A stretch of 64,000 nt of DNA. It comes from Sphagnum compactum. Taxonomy: Eukaryota. Numbering within the stretch: position 1 is the first letter of the stretch; every line of letters begins with the position of its first letter. This document shows, piece after piece, positions 11,727-24,318 of the stretch. A model generated the notes under the pieces. It made no database searches and was not told the origin of the DNA. It was given only the letters and a program-made list of their open reading frames with translations. Location of the stretch: positions 1,426,001 through 1,490,000 of the forward strand of contig OZ234493.1 of NCBI GenBank assembly GCA_965153455.1, read 5' to 3'. Made by a program: the position numbers and the translations under genes.

Positions 11727-12152
11727 TCTTATATATAAAAGCAAACGTGGTGTTTGTCCGTCTGTGTGTCACAAGACGTTCTGCGTTTTAACATTATGGC
11801 GGAACCAGCGACAGTTAGGGCAGTTGAGAAACATCTTTGAAAAGCAAATTCTTAGAAATTCAAAACCTTCAAGGATCTGAACCGAGGTGGCCAAAATCCT
11901 CGGTAAAGGACCTGAATCGAGATTTTCAGTACCCGGTCCAGACCTCGAGACAAACCTGAAACGAGGTTCCCAAAAAAAAAACCCGTCGTTGGGGACTTGA
12001 AACGAGGTCCTCAAAGAGAAAATCCATCGTTAGGGTCCTGAAACAAGGTCCTCAGAGAGGCCAAAAAAAACAGCGACCAGGGCAACCGCTGCGGGGGTCG
12101 GGTGAGGTGCCACGGGTTGCTGGAGTGGCATAGCCACGGGTCACAACACTCG
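11727..12152 (+). mobile_element. Non-autonomous Helitron-like element, about 426 bp
   Basis: Sits between A and T. 5' end TCTTATATATAAAAGC...GTTTGTCCGTCTGTGTGTC. 3' end has a GTGGC-ata-GCCAC(GGG) hairpin shortly before CTCG|T, a one-base variant of CTAG. Confidence 0.65.
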
Positions 12153-12370
12153 TTTTCATAATTCTTCTTTTGCCTTAAGATACCTTGTAATGTAATTGGC
12201 AAGGCCACAATGTGACACACCCCTTGTTTGTTTAAGCTTCGATTCTCTCTTGATTGTTTGCACACACACACACACACATATAATAAATTTTTTGTATGCC
12301 TGAGGGTTTGTGTTCAAGTGGGTCCTCTCATTCGAGCTGTTTATGTTTTTTCTCTTTCTTTTTTGCTTTA

Positions 12371-12401
<31 letters not shown>

Positions 12402-14169
12402 TTTTGGGGGTGTAACCCGTAACAGGATAAGCTTGAATGAATGAATCCATCAGGAAACTTTTTGTCCATGCAAATTCATGCAATCTCTTCTGAAGGAGGG
12501 AAAATTGGCAAAGATATGGCATTGAAGGGAGATATCTAAGGGGATTGGCAACTGCACAAAAGGCAATGGAAGGACATCACTAGGGGAAAAGGAGTTTTGG
12601 AGTGGCACTGAGGAGGATCTGAAAAACCAGGCAAAGAGCAGTCTAGCCTAGTGAGGATGTGATTTCCACTGCCTAGATACGGAACCTAGGTATTTTTGTG
12701 CATGGGAAGTAGTCATTTTGTGAAGTGCTTTCTGTAAGAACTTGATGAGAAAAGATCTTAGGTATCTTGATCAAGTTTATGTTTTATTCCATAATCTGAC
12801 CAGAGTGAGCTATTGTATGGCACACATTTCAGTTGAATACAAAAGTGAAGCATCTTTTAGGTGTCAGAGCCTACGATTGGGAGTGACTTGTGAATTGATG
12901 CACTTAAATCAGGTCTGGAAACACAGTTCGAAGAAGGGCATTGCATTTCGTGCATGGGAAGTGTGCAGCTATTGCGATGGAGATTGATGCAATTGCAATG
13001 TGGAGGCAATGTTTAGGGTAATACTACAACACAGACCTTGCATGGTATGGAATGAAAGCATGTAATATTTTGGTTGCCTGATCAGTTTACTAGCCAAAAG
13101 TACCACAAGTGTACAACATTGACAAATTGTCACAACTTGCAACCCATTCGTTTCACACAAATTTGTAGTCATTTTCACATTGCTGATGATGAAATCAATT
13201 CGTAAGACTTTAATCACAAGTCAATTGAAATCTTATGTTTTGTGAAATTGAAGGGACCTAAGTCCAAAGTCCAAAACCAAGTCTACACATGAGTGGTCAA
13301 AAGTTGTTTAGTTGTACAACAGTTACTCCAATTGAACATCACAACTGTCACAATTGTGAAACAAGTTTTAAATCACCAAATGGTCTAAGGTCCAAAACAG
13401 TCATGTAGAACAAGAAGAACTTAAGATTGGGATAGGATTTTGCAAGGATTGCCACCAAAGCAAGAAATCATTCAACAACAAATGGGTCTTCGAGCTCAAC
13501 AGAAAACAAAAGCTATAGAGTTCAAAGTTCCAGTAAATTGAAATCAATTATCAAAAATCATTCAAAACTGTTCATGAAGTTTTTGATTTTGCATAGGTGA
13601 TAATCAATCATGATAACAGAAAATATGTCAAATAATTCATTTAAAAAATAACATCACAGTTTAAAACAAAAAAATACTTACTGATTCCAAATAAAATAAA
13701 ATGATGAAAACCAAGTGGCCATGTCATGTAGGAGCATGAAAATATACACTAGACTTTCCTGCAGATTGAAGCAAGGTTCCTGAACTTGGAGTGCCAATTT
13801 CCATAAATACTTTACCAAATATAACTTGCAAGCACAATAAGATAAAATTGCAACAATGTTGACACCATTGTTATGATATCACAAGTTTGAAAACCACAAT
13901 TAAAAGAACCCATAATCACCAAATCAAGCATATGAGTACATTATCTTGTATCACTCGGAAAGAGCAATTCATCACTTAATTGCATAGGACTATTGTTACA
14001 GAAAACAAAAAACACAGTGCCTCGAGAACGTGTTATCAAACATCATCACAAATGGATTTTCAGTCTCTATCAAAACTGTGGAAAACAAAAACCAATGCCT
14101 CAAAAACCTCTTATCACACCAAGCATCATCACACATAAATTTCGAGTAACCTAATCAATTGCAAGGGAG

Positions 14170-14335
14170 GAGTGTGAAGTAAGCAACAGCGACCACAACC
14201 AAGCATTCCACATCCACTGTGTCTGAAAAGCAGAAGTGAAATGGAAAAGCAACAGAGACCACAAACAAGCATTGCACACCTACTATTGACTGAAAAGCAT
14301 AAGTGAAATGGGAAAGGACATGCAGAGTGATGGCA
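14170..14335. repeat. Degenerate ~65-bp tandem repeat downstream of the PWR-like gene (possibly its 3' UTR)
   Basis: aagcaacag.gaccacaa.caagcatt.cacaYc.act...ctgaaaagca.aagtgaaatgg occurs twice. Confidence 0.6.
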
Positions 14336-14556
14336 AGTGCCAAAAGCGATAATGGAATGTGCTTTAACTCTTTACAGCAAATTTTGCAGCATATGCAACA
14401 GACAGGAGGTCAAAGACCAGGAGGCCAAGAATATTGATACAAGAGGGCATGTGCCCAAAAGTCCTGTCAAGGGGAGAGAGAGAGAGAGACACAGGTGGGA
14501 GGAGAAACTGTCTAAATTCCTGCTCTATCATTCATTGCTCTCAAATGACTGACTGC

Positions 14557-17500
14557 CTAGCTAACGCCACCAGTGGTACTATCAGGACCTCTGGAATCAA
14601 CAGGTCTTAAATGCTCATCAGTTGCAGTAGTACCTCTAGACAATGGGCAGGAGTGGAAGGGAGTAATTGTAGGCAGCATGGGCATCTGCAGCTGTGATTC
14701 AGTTGTGTGCATTAGCCTGTTACCATTGTTCCATGCACCAGCATTGTTGACTCTTTGACCTGCAAGGCTTAACATATGCTGAGGAGTAAAATACATACTA
14801 CTGTCTCGGACACACTGCTGCAACACCTCTGGCCCACTCAAGTGTGCTGTTGTGGCCAATGAAGCAGGAAGCCCAAAGACTGGATTCGTCTTCACAGACT
14901 CAGAGCCTCCATTGTTGTTGCCCTCCCTACGAAAGAAGTTCTCCCACACCTGCTGCTCAAGTAATTGCTGTGGCACTGAACCACTTGGTGCATGTCCAGG
15001 CAGACTCCTGCTATTTTGCCAATCAGCAATCGCAATAAGTGCATCCATGACTGTGCGTGGCATTTGCTGGCTGCTAGTAGCAGATGGAGCTCCCTGCATA
15101 CCTGTGCTCTCAGATGTAGCCCTATTACTACTACCCATCAAAGGGTCACTCAACCCCCCCTGTGAAAGCTCGTTTCTCCTCTCATCATCAATTTGGTTAG
15201 CTCCATTCAGCCCCTGTGAAAGCTCCTTTCTCCCCTCACCATCAATTCGGTTAGCTCCACTCAGGCCCTGTAAAAGATCACCTCTCCTATAGCAGTCAAT
15301 TTGACCAGTGCTGCTGCTAAGGCCTTGTGAATGATCACTTCTTTTGTCAGTATCTATTCTGGAGTCTTGGTTTGCATCACTAACACCTATTACTACTGAG
15401 GAGGGACCAGCTCCACCACCACCACGCTGATCAGAAACTGGGACCATCTTAGCAAGTCCCTCATTTCTTCTAAGTTCCTGGATACTGCACAGCTGTTCTA
15501 AGTGCTTCAAATGAAGAGGAAGTGCTCCCATTGCTTGCTCCCCTTCTAATTCCCGGGAATCTTGAGCAAAACAATCATTTTTATGAGGCATAGTTTCCTG
15601 CATGGCATGTTGTGACCTCGCCTCCCTTTCGCTAGATTTTGTAAGGCTGGTGGCTGCTCCCTGCAGGCCATTCATCATACTCCATAATCCCATATTGCCT
15701 GAGTGTGACCCAAGAGTTGGCCAAGATGCCTGCTGGCCTTCGGGCAACATGAAAGGAGCCTGTACTCTTCCAAAAGCAGAAGGAGCTCCAGAGGGTTTGG
15801 TTACTGTTGAAGAGGGTGCTGACAAGGTTGGATAGAAAGGTTGATGCAAGGCACCTCGTTCATTAACACTACTTGCTGCATGGTGCAATGCACTTTGTGG
15901 GCCAACATTTAGTGATGGCTGAGAAAGGAGAGACTGACCAAACAGCTTTATATCACCAGGTCGTATCTGCTGCTGGGCATCTACAGTTGAGGATGGTGAT
16001 GGTCTAGCTGGTTGCACTGCCTGCTGTTGCTGTGCTGCTGAAGCCTGCTGCACAACTGCACTCAGCTGGTTTTGTAGCTCCTCCTGACAAAGGTGCCGGA
16101 TCTTGGCCTCCCTCAGTTCCACCATGTCCACCTTTTGGTTTGAAAGCTCTGTCACACTGCTGGGAGTCAAAGCCTGAAGAGATCCCCTCAGCAAACCCAG
16201 AGATTGCCCATGCTGCTGTTGGTCATGATGGTGATGTAAACCTGCTCCCTGTTGCTGCTGCTGCAACACAGTTTTTGTAAGTGGTTTTTGTTGCTGCTGC
16301 TGCTGCTGCTGTAAAGCAATTTTTGTCAGGGGTTTTCTCAGTGGCTGTGTGAGAGGTGGGTGTTGAGAAGCTTGTTCATGTTCCTGCACATGAGCATGCA
16401 CCTGCGCAGCTGCAGCCTGGGCCTGGGCTTGAACATGAGCCTGTGCCTGTGCCTGTGCCTGAGCTTGAGCAATGGCTAGGACTTGAGCTTGCATGTGAGC
16501 TTGAACCTGGGCCAGGGCTTGATCCTGTTGTTGCTGCTGTTGCTGTTGTTGCTGCAGCTGTTGATGCTGATGATACTGTTGCACAGCTTGCTGCATCTGT
16601 AGAAAGGCCTTACGAATCAGTACAGGCAGGGTGCAGATGTTAGATTCCAGCAGCATGAATTTCTAGCAAGGAACCTTCATGAAAGAGCCTGTTTTCTACA
16701 CCACAAAGAGACCTCTCCAAGAGACGAAGAACAACATAACACAAATCTCACCTAGGGGAACTTAGAAATATCTACAGCAGTGGACATGCAAGATAAGTAG
16801 GATTTCCCTTCTGTGATATGATCCTCTCTACAAGAGTTCACAAAATTACTTATATGCAAAGAGATAATTAAGTGTTTTTCCTTACTTGTTGCTGCTGTAG
16901 TAAAGCTTTCTGCTGTTGATGATGAAGATGCTGTTGTTGCTGACCAACAACCTGCTGTGGAGGATTGTTCTCTTGCTGGCCCTGAGTACTAACCTGCTGT
17001 GCCAGGTTCACCCCTACTTGCTGCTGTTGTTGAGAAGTAGCTTGTGGCTGCTGATGGTGAACAACATGCTGATTCAACAGAAGCTGCTGTTGCTGTTGCT
17101 GTTGAAGACCCACCACCTGCCACCCACAAATTGCAGTCTCCTCAGTACACCTCTTATTCAGACATGGGTGAAAGTGAGTAGGATCCTTGCAGGGATGCTC
17201 CAAACCACAGTAAGACAAGCAGTGTAGTCACTGACAAAGACCAGGAGAACCCTATTCATTAGCACAGAAAGTCCTACCTGTTGCTGGAGAGGATGGACCG
17301 CCACTTGGGATGTTTTCTGTTGTTGCTGCTGCTGGCGAAGCGCTGCTTGTTGCATCATACTTACCACTTGATTTTGCAAGAGCTGCTGCTGATTCCGAGC
17401 TACCACCTGAAAAAACATAGACAATTAAAAAAATTTACTAGTTTCACAAAAGTTTTTCACAATCTGTCAGTGCATATGCTGCATTCTGGCAAGCTTGCAT

Positions 17501-20500
17501 GCGTAACACAACCTATAATTGTTAAACCCAGCTAGTAACAGTAAGACAGGACCATGACGCATAACCCATCTTTGAAACTGTTTCTGCCTGTTTTTACCAA
17601 AGGAAACACAAGGAGGCCAAACACTATATGCCTTAAATTCCAGCAATACACCAAATCAAGACTGCTATATGGGATGGAAACCGTGCACACAGTTCAACAT
17701 TGAAGTTTTCCAAACCTGTGCTGTTTGTTGCATCTGTTGGTGCACAGCAAGGAGGCCAAACACTATATGCCTTAAATTCCAGCAATACACCAAATCAAGA
17801 CTGCTATATGGGATGGAAACCACGCACACAGTTCAACATTGAAGTTTTCCAAACCTGTGCTGTTTGTTGCATCTGTTGGTGCCCAGCTTGTTGGTGAAGT
17901 ACTGGAGGGTTGGTCTGCTGGACGAGTCCTGTGGACTGTGATGGGAGTTTCTGGTGAATCATTGATTGCAAGGGCTGTTTCTGAGATGCAGATGTTGCAA
18001 GGTGTTGCAAGTTTTGAGCCCGTTGCAGACCAGAAGCTGGAAATATAGGCAATCCACTGTGGTGAAGGAAGGGGAAGATGCTGGAAGGGGTGTTTGGAGG
18101 GAACCCATTTGCTGAACACATCTGCTGGATGAGCTTCTGTATGCTCATTGAGTCTTGATCAATTGCCTGTCCCATTTGTTGACCACCCAACCGTGGATAT
18201 GAAAGATGGTCAGCACTGGCAGCATTGGTTCCCATGCTCGGCAGAGGCACCATGACTGGGTTCATCTTCTGAGATGCAATCTCTACATCTGGTGGCAGCA
18301 ATGGCCCAGCCATGTGTTGGTTTATGGGAGCCACAACAGAGCCAACATTGTTGCTACTAGTATCAGAATCATCAGCCTTTCGCTTACGACTTCCTATCCC
18401 CCTTCCTGCAGAGTTCACCGCCCCATCTGCGGGCACCAACCCTAATTTGGCCTTGGAGTTCTGGAAATAGGTTTTAATCTGTGTCAATGACTTTGCTGGT
18501 AAACATTCATGCAGACGTGTCCAGTCCTTGCCATGTTTCCTGATAATCTCCGCAAATTTATCTTTCTCATCTTGTGTCCATGACGTCGGTTCTCTCCTAG
18601 GCTTGGCATCTCCTGCTGCTCCAGCCCTCCCCAACTTTTCTTTGAACTGCTGTGCAGAATGGATTGGCACAGTTGTTGAAAGAACAACCGAAGTGGATTG
18701 CGTTGCTGATAGAGTCAAAGGAGGCAAGCAAGATGAATCGGTGTTTGCAGATGTGGCCACTTGAGGTGACCCAGGCTCGGGTTTCACATCAATATTCTGA
18801 TTACCCTTGGGTTCCTGACGCTCTGCAAGCATCTCAGTGGACTTTTCTAAAGTAGCTGCAGCCTGCTCCATCTTAGTTTCTCCATCCATCACAGAGAGTG
18901 GTTGCAGAACATCAATTTTGGTGGATTCACTGTCTCTTTCTTCATTGGGTATACCAGAAATGGCAAAACCTGGAACCCTTGCAATACTTTGTGTAGCACA
19001 AACTTCCTCGCACTGCTCAACCTTCACAGCTTGATCAGTGGGCTCAAGAAGAGTACACCCTGTGATGATGCTTGTACTTGTTGAGGCCTCTGGTTTGGTT
19101 GTTGAACTCTCTTCCAACACCACTGCCTCACCAACTACGATCGCCTGTGCTGCCACTTTGCTAGCGTCTTCAACCATGACAGTCAATAAAGCCGTATCTT
19201 CCATACTCTCATGCACACTATGTTCTCCAACTGTCTCAGCTAAGCCCTCATCTGTCTTGGACACTGGCTTGTCAGCAGTGCCAGCACTCTCTTCATCAAC
19301 TGACTCAGGTTTGGGTGTTTTCACTTCAACTGTCAACCCTTCAGTTGTCTCCCCTTTGATGGATGACACAGCACTTTTACTGTTGCTAAGACATGCCTTT
19401 GCATCTTCCTCAGTCACCACAGCTTTGGTACCCTCACTATGACCTTGAGTCAGATCCAACCCTTGCAGCAGCATGGCAGTTTCTGCAGTGCCATCCACAC
19501 CTGCTTGATACTGCTCCACAAGATGGTCAAGTCCCAAGCGCTTGCGAGTTTTGCTGAAGAATGCTTTGCACTGTGATTCACTTTTTGACCCCACATGTAG
19601 AGCAATGTTCTCAAAATCTTTGCCGTACAAAACAACTGCATCTGTGAAGAGGTGCCTCTCACTATCAGTCCACTGCGCATCCATCTGTACAAGGTGAAAA
19701 GAACTCTGAATTAGAACTACAAGTTGGGTCCCCAAATTCTAACTGGCATGCATTGTTGATGGGCACTTGTTCTAGAAGACTCTGGAACAGACCCATCAAA
19801 CATCAGGCATCAAGCTTGAAAGTCTCACCTCCTCAACAGCTGACTTTGAAGATTCTTGTCGCAAGTGCATGCTTCGGGCACCCTTTAGGCCGATAGTCTG
19901 CTGCTCCAGCTGGAAGCTTCGAATCATTGACGGTCCAGCAACTGACAAATTCTTCAATGGGTTCCTTTCCCGAAAGTTTTTAGCTACAGGAGGTGTAGCA
20001 GAGCTCAAACCACATGGAGTGGTAAAAGTTGCAGATGGAGCTGGTACAGCAGCTACTGCAGCTGTAACACTCGAGACATTGCTAGTAGCAGCCTTGTTAT
20101 CCTTCATGCTGGTAGTCTTGTTGACACTGTCAAGAACAGATAGAAGGCTTGCAGGCTGAACTGCAGGCATACTCACTCGAGTACGGTCTACAACCCTATT
20201 GTGAATGCTGCTTCGCACAGCCTTTGTACCTGTGGTTATTCCAGAAACTGCTGCTGCTGCTGCTGCTGCTTTATTGAAAGCTTCAACACGTGCAACATTA
20301 GAGTCCCGATGGCGACTGCTTCCAGGTGCTGTTGTTGCAAGGTATGAGGCACTTGCCTGTGTGTAATCCCGTCGCTTCTTCAGCTGATGCCGACGACGGA
20401 TCTTTTCAAAATCCTCAGACTTGTGATTTCGATAGTAAAATTCCACACAGTCAGCTGTCGTCTTGTGCTCCAAGTGCACAGCAATCTTACTGAAATTTTT

Positions 20501-23500
20501 GTTATAGATTGCAAACTTGTCAATAAATATTTTCTTCTCCTCAGGTAGCCAAGGGTTGGCATTTTTGCGCTCCAGCTCCAGTAAGACAGGGTCTTCAACA
20601 AGTGCATTCGTATTAATGAATCTCCGAAACATGCGTTCCTTATTATCCAAAATCATGGCTGGCATTTTCTGAACAGATCTCAACTGCTCCACAGATGGCT
20701 CACACATCAACTTCTTCATTGCATGTAACTCTTCATCTGCTCTTCCCAAGCCTGCAGATGACCAAAAAAAGTTCATCCACAAAGATCTTGGGGAAGATGC
20801 AGGAGATTGGTGTCAAGATTCATAACACAAATAAAATAGTTGCTTAAGTCCTGATACAAGACATAGGAGGAAAAGACGGTTTGTATACCATAGAGCTTGT
20901 ATGAACTATACCTGACTGGATGGAGCGTAGGCGCAGAGAGGATCGCTGGCTAGGTGGGGCTGTACCATTGCGGCGCTCAATCTCCCACCTCCGAATTGGC
21001 TTAGCCCGATATCTCCGCTGCACAAGCCGAAGTTGCTCCTGCCTCCAAGCATCTTTCAGAGTGCGGAACCTCATGGTCAAAACCCGCTCCTTGAACTTGC
21101 GACAGTATAGCTGCTCAGTGAGCTTCTCCACTATCCTATCAAGGTTCATGCGATGACTCTCCACATTTTTCTGCCACATGGGTGATTCAGCAGGGGTACT
21201 ATACAGCTGTCCCTTACCCTCTTGCACAAGCTCTTTTGTAAGAAGGTGCACAAGTGAATCTGAGGCACACTGAGACTGTTTCTTATTCTCCATTATGAGA
21301 GAGTGGGTGAAGTTCTGAAGATCTTCCACTAACACCATTGTGCTCAGCTCCTGCTTGTTGTCCACCTCCAACTGGGTCATGTTGAAAACCTCTTCCATCT
21401 TCACCTGCAATCGACCATCTTGCATTTCTGTTCCAGAAGCTCGGCTGAGAGGTGACTGAACACATAGTCCCTCCCCTTGCTGGGCCTCACCAACGTCCTT
21501 TTTCTCTACCCTTTCCTCTAGAGGAGCTGCAACATCACCTGTTTCATGTTCAAGTCCAACTGCTTTCTCTTCAACTTCCATATCAAGCACATCAGGCACC
21601 ATTTCCACAAAACCAACTTCTCTATCGTCGACTGAGTTTTGGCAGACAGCCTCTGCAGCTGGAGAGCAAGGTGATGCTGGAGAAGGATGAAGAGGCAAAG
21701 TGGGTGATGTTTCCATGATGTTTACAGTGGAGTTCACATCCTCTGGGGCCATAAGCTGGTTCTCTTTCCCCCCTGTTTCAACAGGCAAAACATTACCAGG
21801 AAGATGCTGTAGTATTTCAACATTGCTCTCTGCCTCCAACCTGGCAATCTCTTTCTCAATCTGGTCAATCTCAAATTCCACCTTCTCAACTCTCTGAATG
21901 ATAGTATCTTTTGTCCATCCAGCCACCTCCCCTTCATCTGGCAATGTCTCTGTCACTATCAAAACAGGACCTTCTGTAACCGGCTGTTCACAAGTAGTAG
22001 ATACCTCCACAGTTGATGAGTCTCTTGACTCTGCATTTATCGTTGAAACTAATATGTCAGCAGATTTGGATAGATCTGCTTGGTCAGGAGGAGGTACCTC
22101 CAACAGACCACAACTGTTGTCAGCTTGCACTAAGACTTCCTCAGTTCCCTTCTCAGTCTCAGTGCCACAAATGTGGGCTGCACCCTCAGCTTCAGTAACA
22201 CCAAAATCATGTTTCTGCCTCCTGATAACATCCTGCTCCACAAATACTTCTGGTGTACCTACAGCCACTGAAAGGCTTCATTAGTATGGCAAATAGCAGA
22301 ATGTCCTAGATCCTACTTTCAGGAGGCAAATAACCTAGTGAAGACCATAGAGGGAATCTTTCAGAGCAGGTAGGTATACCCACAATAAAAATTCATGCAT
22401 TATAAAAAGCTGAGACTGGTTTTCTCATCAGCAGACAAATTAAGATTCCCATTTGAGGTACCAAAACACATGTCCAAACTGAAGAATTCAATGATTATGC
22501 CAACATACATTTACCATACAAGAACCAGTGCAAACCAACAATGTCACTCACAATAGCAAAGAGGATAAATATGAAAATTCCACCCTCCACAACAAGGAAT
22601 GTAGCACCACTGCCCAGTAGTCAACAATGGAAACACATGGAGTGTGCAAGGACAAACTGGTCACAAAGCAGCTTTGACAGCCTTTACCAAGCAATGACTC
22701 TCCAGTTGTTGGTTCAGATTAGCCACTTACTGTCAACAGGCTGGATTGGAGGAGGTAGTGATGGCTCTTGTGTTGTCTGAGGTGGTGACTTTGCAACTGC
22801 AGACAAGGCTGTCTCCTTGACAACAGTCTGCTCAGAAGATGGTGGTGGTGGATTGTCAGTCCCAGAAGCAGCCACAGGAAGAGCCACAGAGGCTGTTGTT
22901 GTTCCCACACCACTCGAGATAAGGGAGCTTTCATCCACATCCCCAACCTTCTTCTTCTCATATTTTGCCAGGCCTTGGCCCCAGCCAAGTCGTAGGCGCT
23001 TAGGGGGCGAGTGGTGACTCCTGCCATGGCCATGATCAGGGCAGCCTGAAGGAAGTGCAGAATGAGGCGAAGGCTGTGGAGATGATAACCCCCCACCAGC
23101 AACTTCAAGCCCATGACCTCTCACCACAGAATCCTTCAAGCTCCCATTTGATGAAATGAATGGAGAACCTCGAGGTACAATTCCAGAGGTGGACCTCTCT
23201 CCTCGAGACCGCCAGTCATGAGATCCATGACAAGAAGACTCTCTACTCCCACTTACAACATCCAAAGAAAAACTCTCACGATTGCCACTGCCATATCTAT
23301 CAAGCCTACTTCCTTCTAATTCTGTGTCCCCTGCAGACCATGCTCCTCTACCTGAATCAAACTGAGATGGCGGTGGCACTTCAAACCTCCTGCTATACAA
23401 ATCAGGTTTGCTGTGTAGCCTCTCTCGATGCTGCTGCTGCTCCCTTTCTGATTTCAAGGACCAGTCCCAGCCACTTACTGCTCCTGCTGATCTCTCTCGA

Positions 23501-24318
23501 TCCCAAGACAAATTCTCTGCATCTGCAAGAGCTTGTGATTGATAAGGCCGCCCATTCTGCCCTGTAGTAGTAGGGCCCGAGTTTCCTGCTTCCCGACCAT
23601 CGGTTGTAGAAAGTTCTGATTCTCTGCTGCTGCTGCTGCTGTGCCAATGACCAACCACCCGAAGAGCTCCATTTACACTTGGACTCAAGGGAGGAGGAGC
23701 TCCTGTTCCAAGATAAAAAGAATCTCTATCATACTTTCGTCCTAGACCATTCTCCAAGGGCTGGATAGCAGCAGCACCAAATAGAGGTGCAGTGTCCCCT
23801 TCCCGGCTTGCTGCAGCACTGTAGCGCCCAATCTCAGTATAAAAGCTGTTATGCCGACCTACAGTTACAATGGCATCTTAGATGTATAAACAGTAGATCC
23901 AAGCTCTCAGGCGTGTCCGTGGGAAACAGAGATCTGTGCACAAAAATCTATGCATCAGCAGCTCTGGTACTCAGCCAGTGGAAGAGAAGAAAAGAGCAAA
24001 AGGAATGTGGGTTTGCTTGGTCGTCACAAAATATGGGTTGGACAGTTTGCAAAACTTACCTTGAGTTCGTCTCTTATTTGGAGGCCCAAGAGAGATTCCA
24101 TTATTTGCAGGGTGGTGCAATCCAAGAGATCTTTGGAATGGAACATTAGCAGCAGCAGATGAAGAAGAAGTCGTTCTGTCAGAAGAATTATTCCAGTCCC
24201 TCTTCCCAGCAATACCTCTGTCAGACCTGTCTCCTCTGTCTAACCTCACATCTCTGCTGCTGCTGCTGCTGCTGCTGTAAGGCTCCCTCTGCCAGGTTGG
24301 GACATGGTCAATAGGCAT
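14557..24318 (-). CDS. PWR: POWERDRESS/NCoR-like SANT-domain co-repressor (HDA9-complex subunit homolog), about 2631 aa
   Basis: Hand-spliced exons (-): 24060-24318, 22731-23858, 20912-22267, 19829-20751, 17855-19684, 17278-17406, 16886-17116, 14557-16596; total 7896 nt, in frame, all introns GT..AG (alternative start 24387). Motifs: N-terminal MPIDH, RLGWGQGLAKYEKKKV, coiled coil KDTIIQRVEKVEFEIDQIEKEI, SANT NPWLPEEKKIF...KTTADCVEFYYRNHKS, SANT WTDSERHLF...SESQCKAFFSKTRKRLGLD, GDIKLFGQ. Confidence 0.88.
17609..17886. repeat. Near-perfect 139-bp tandem duplication spanning an exon/intron boundary of the PWR-like gene
   Basis: Copies 17609-17747 and 17748-17886 differ by only a few substitutions; both contain the CAG|GTTTGG donor on the - strand. 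Confidence 0.95.
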
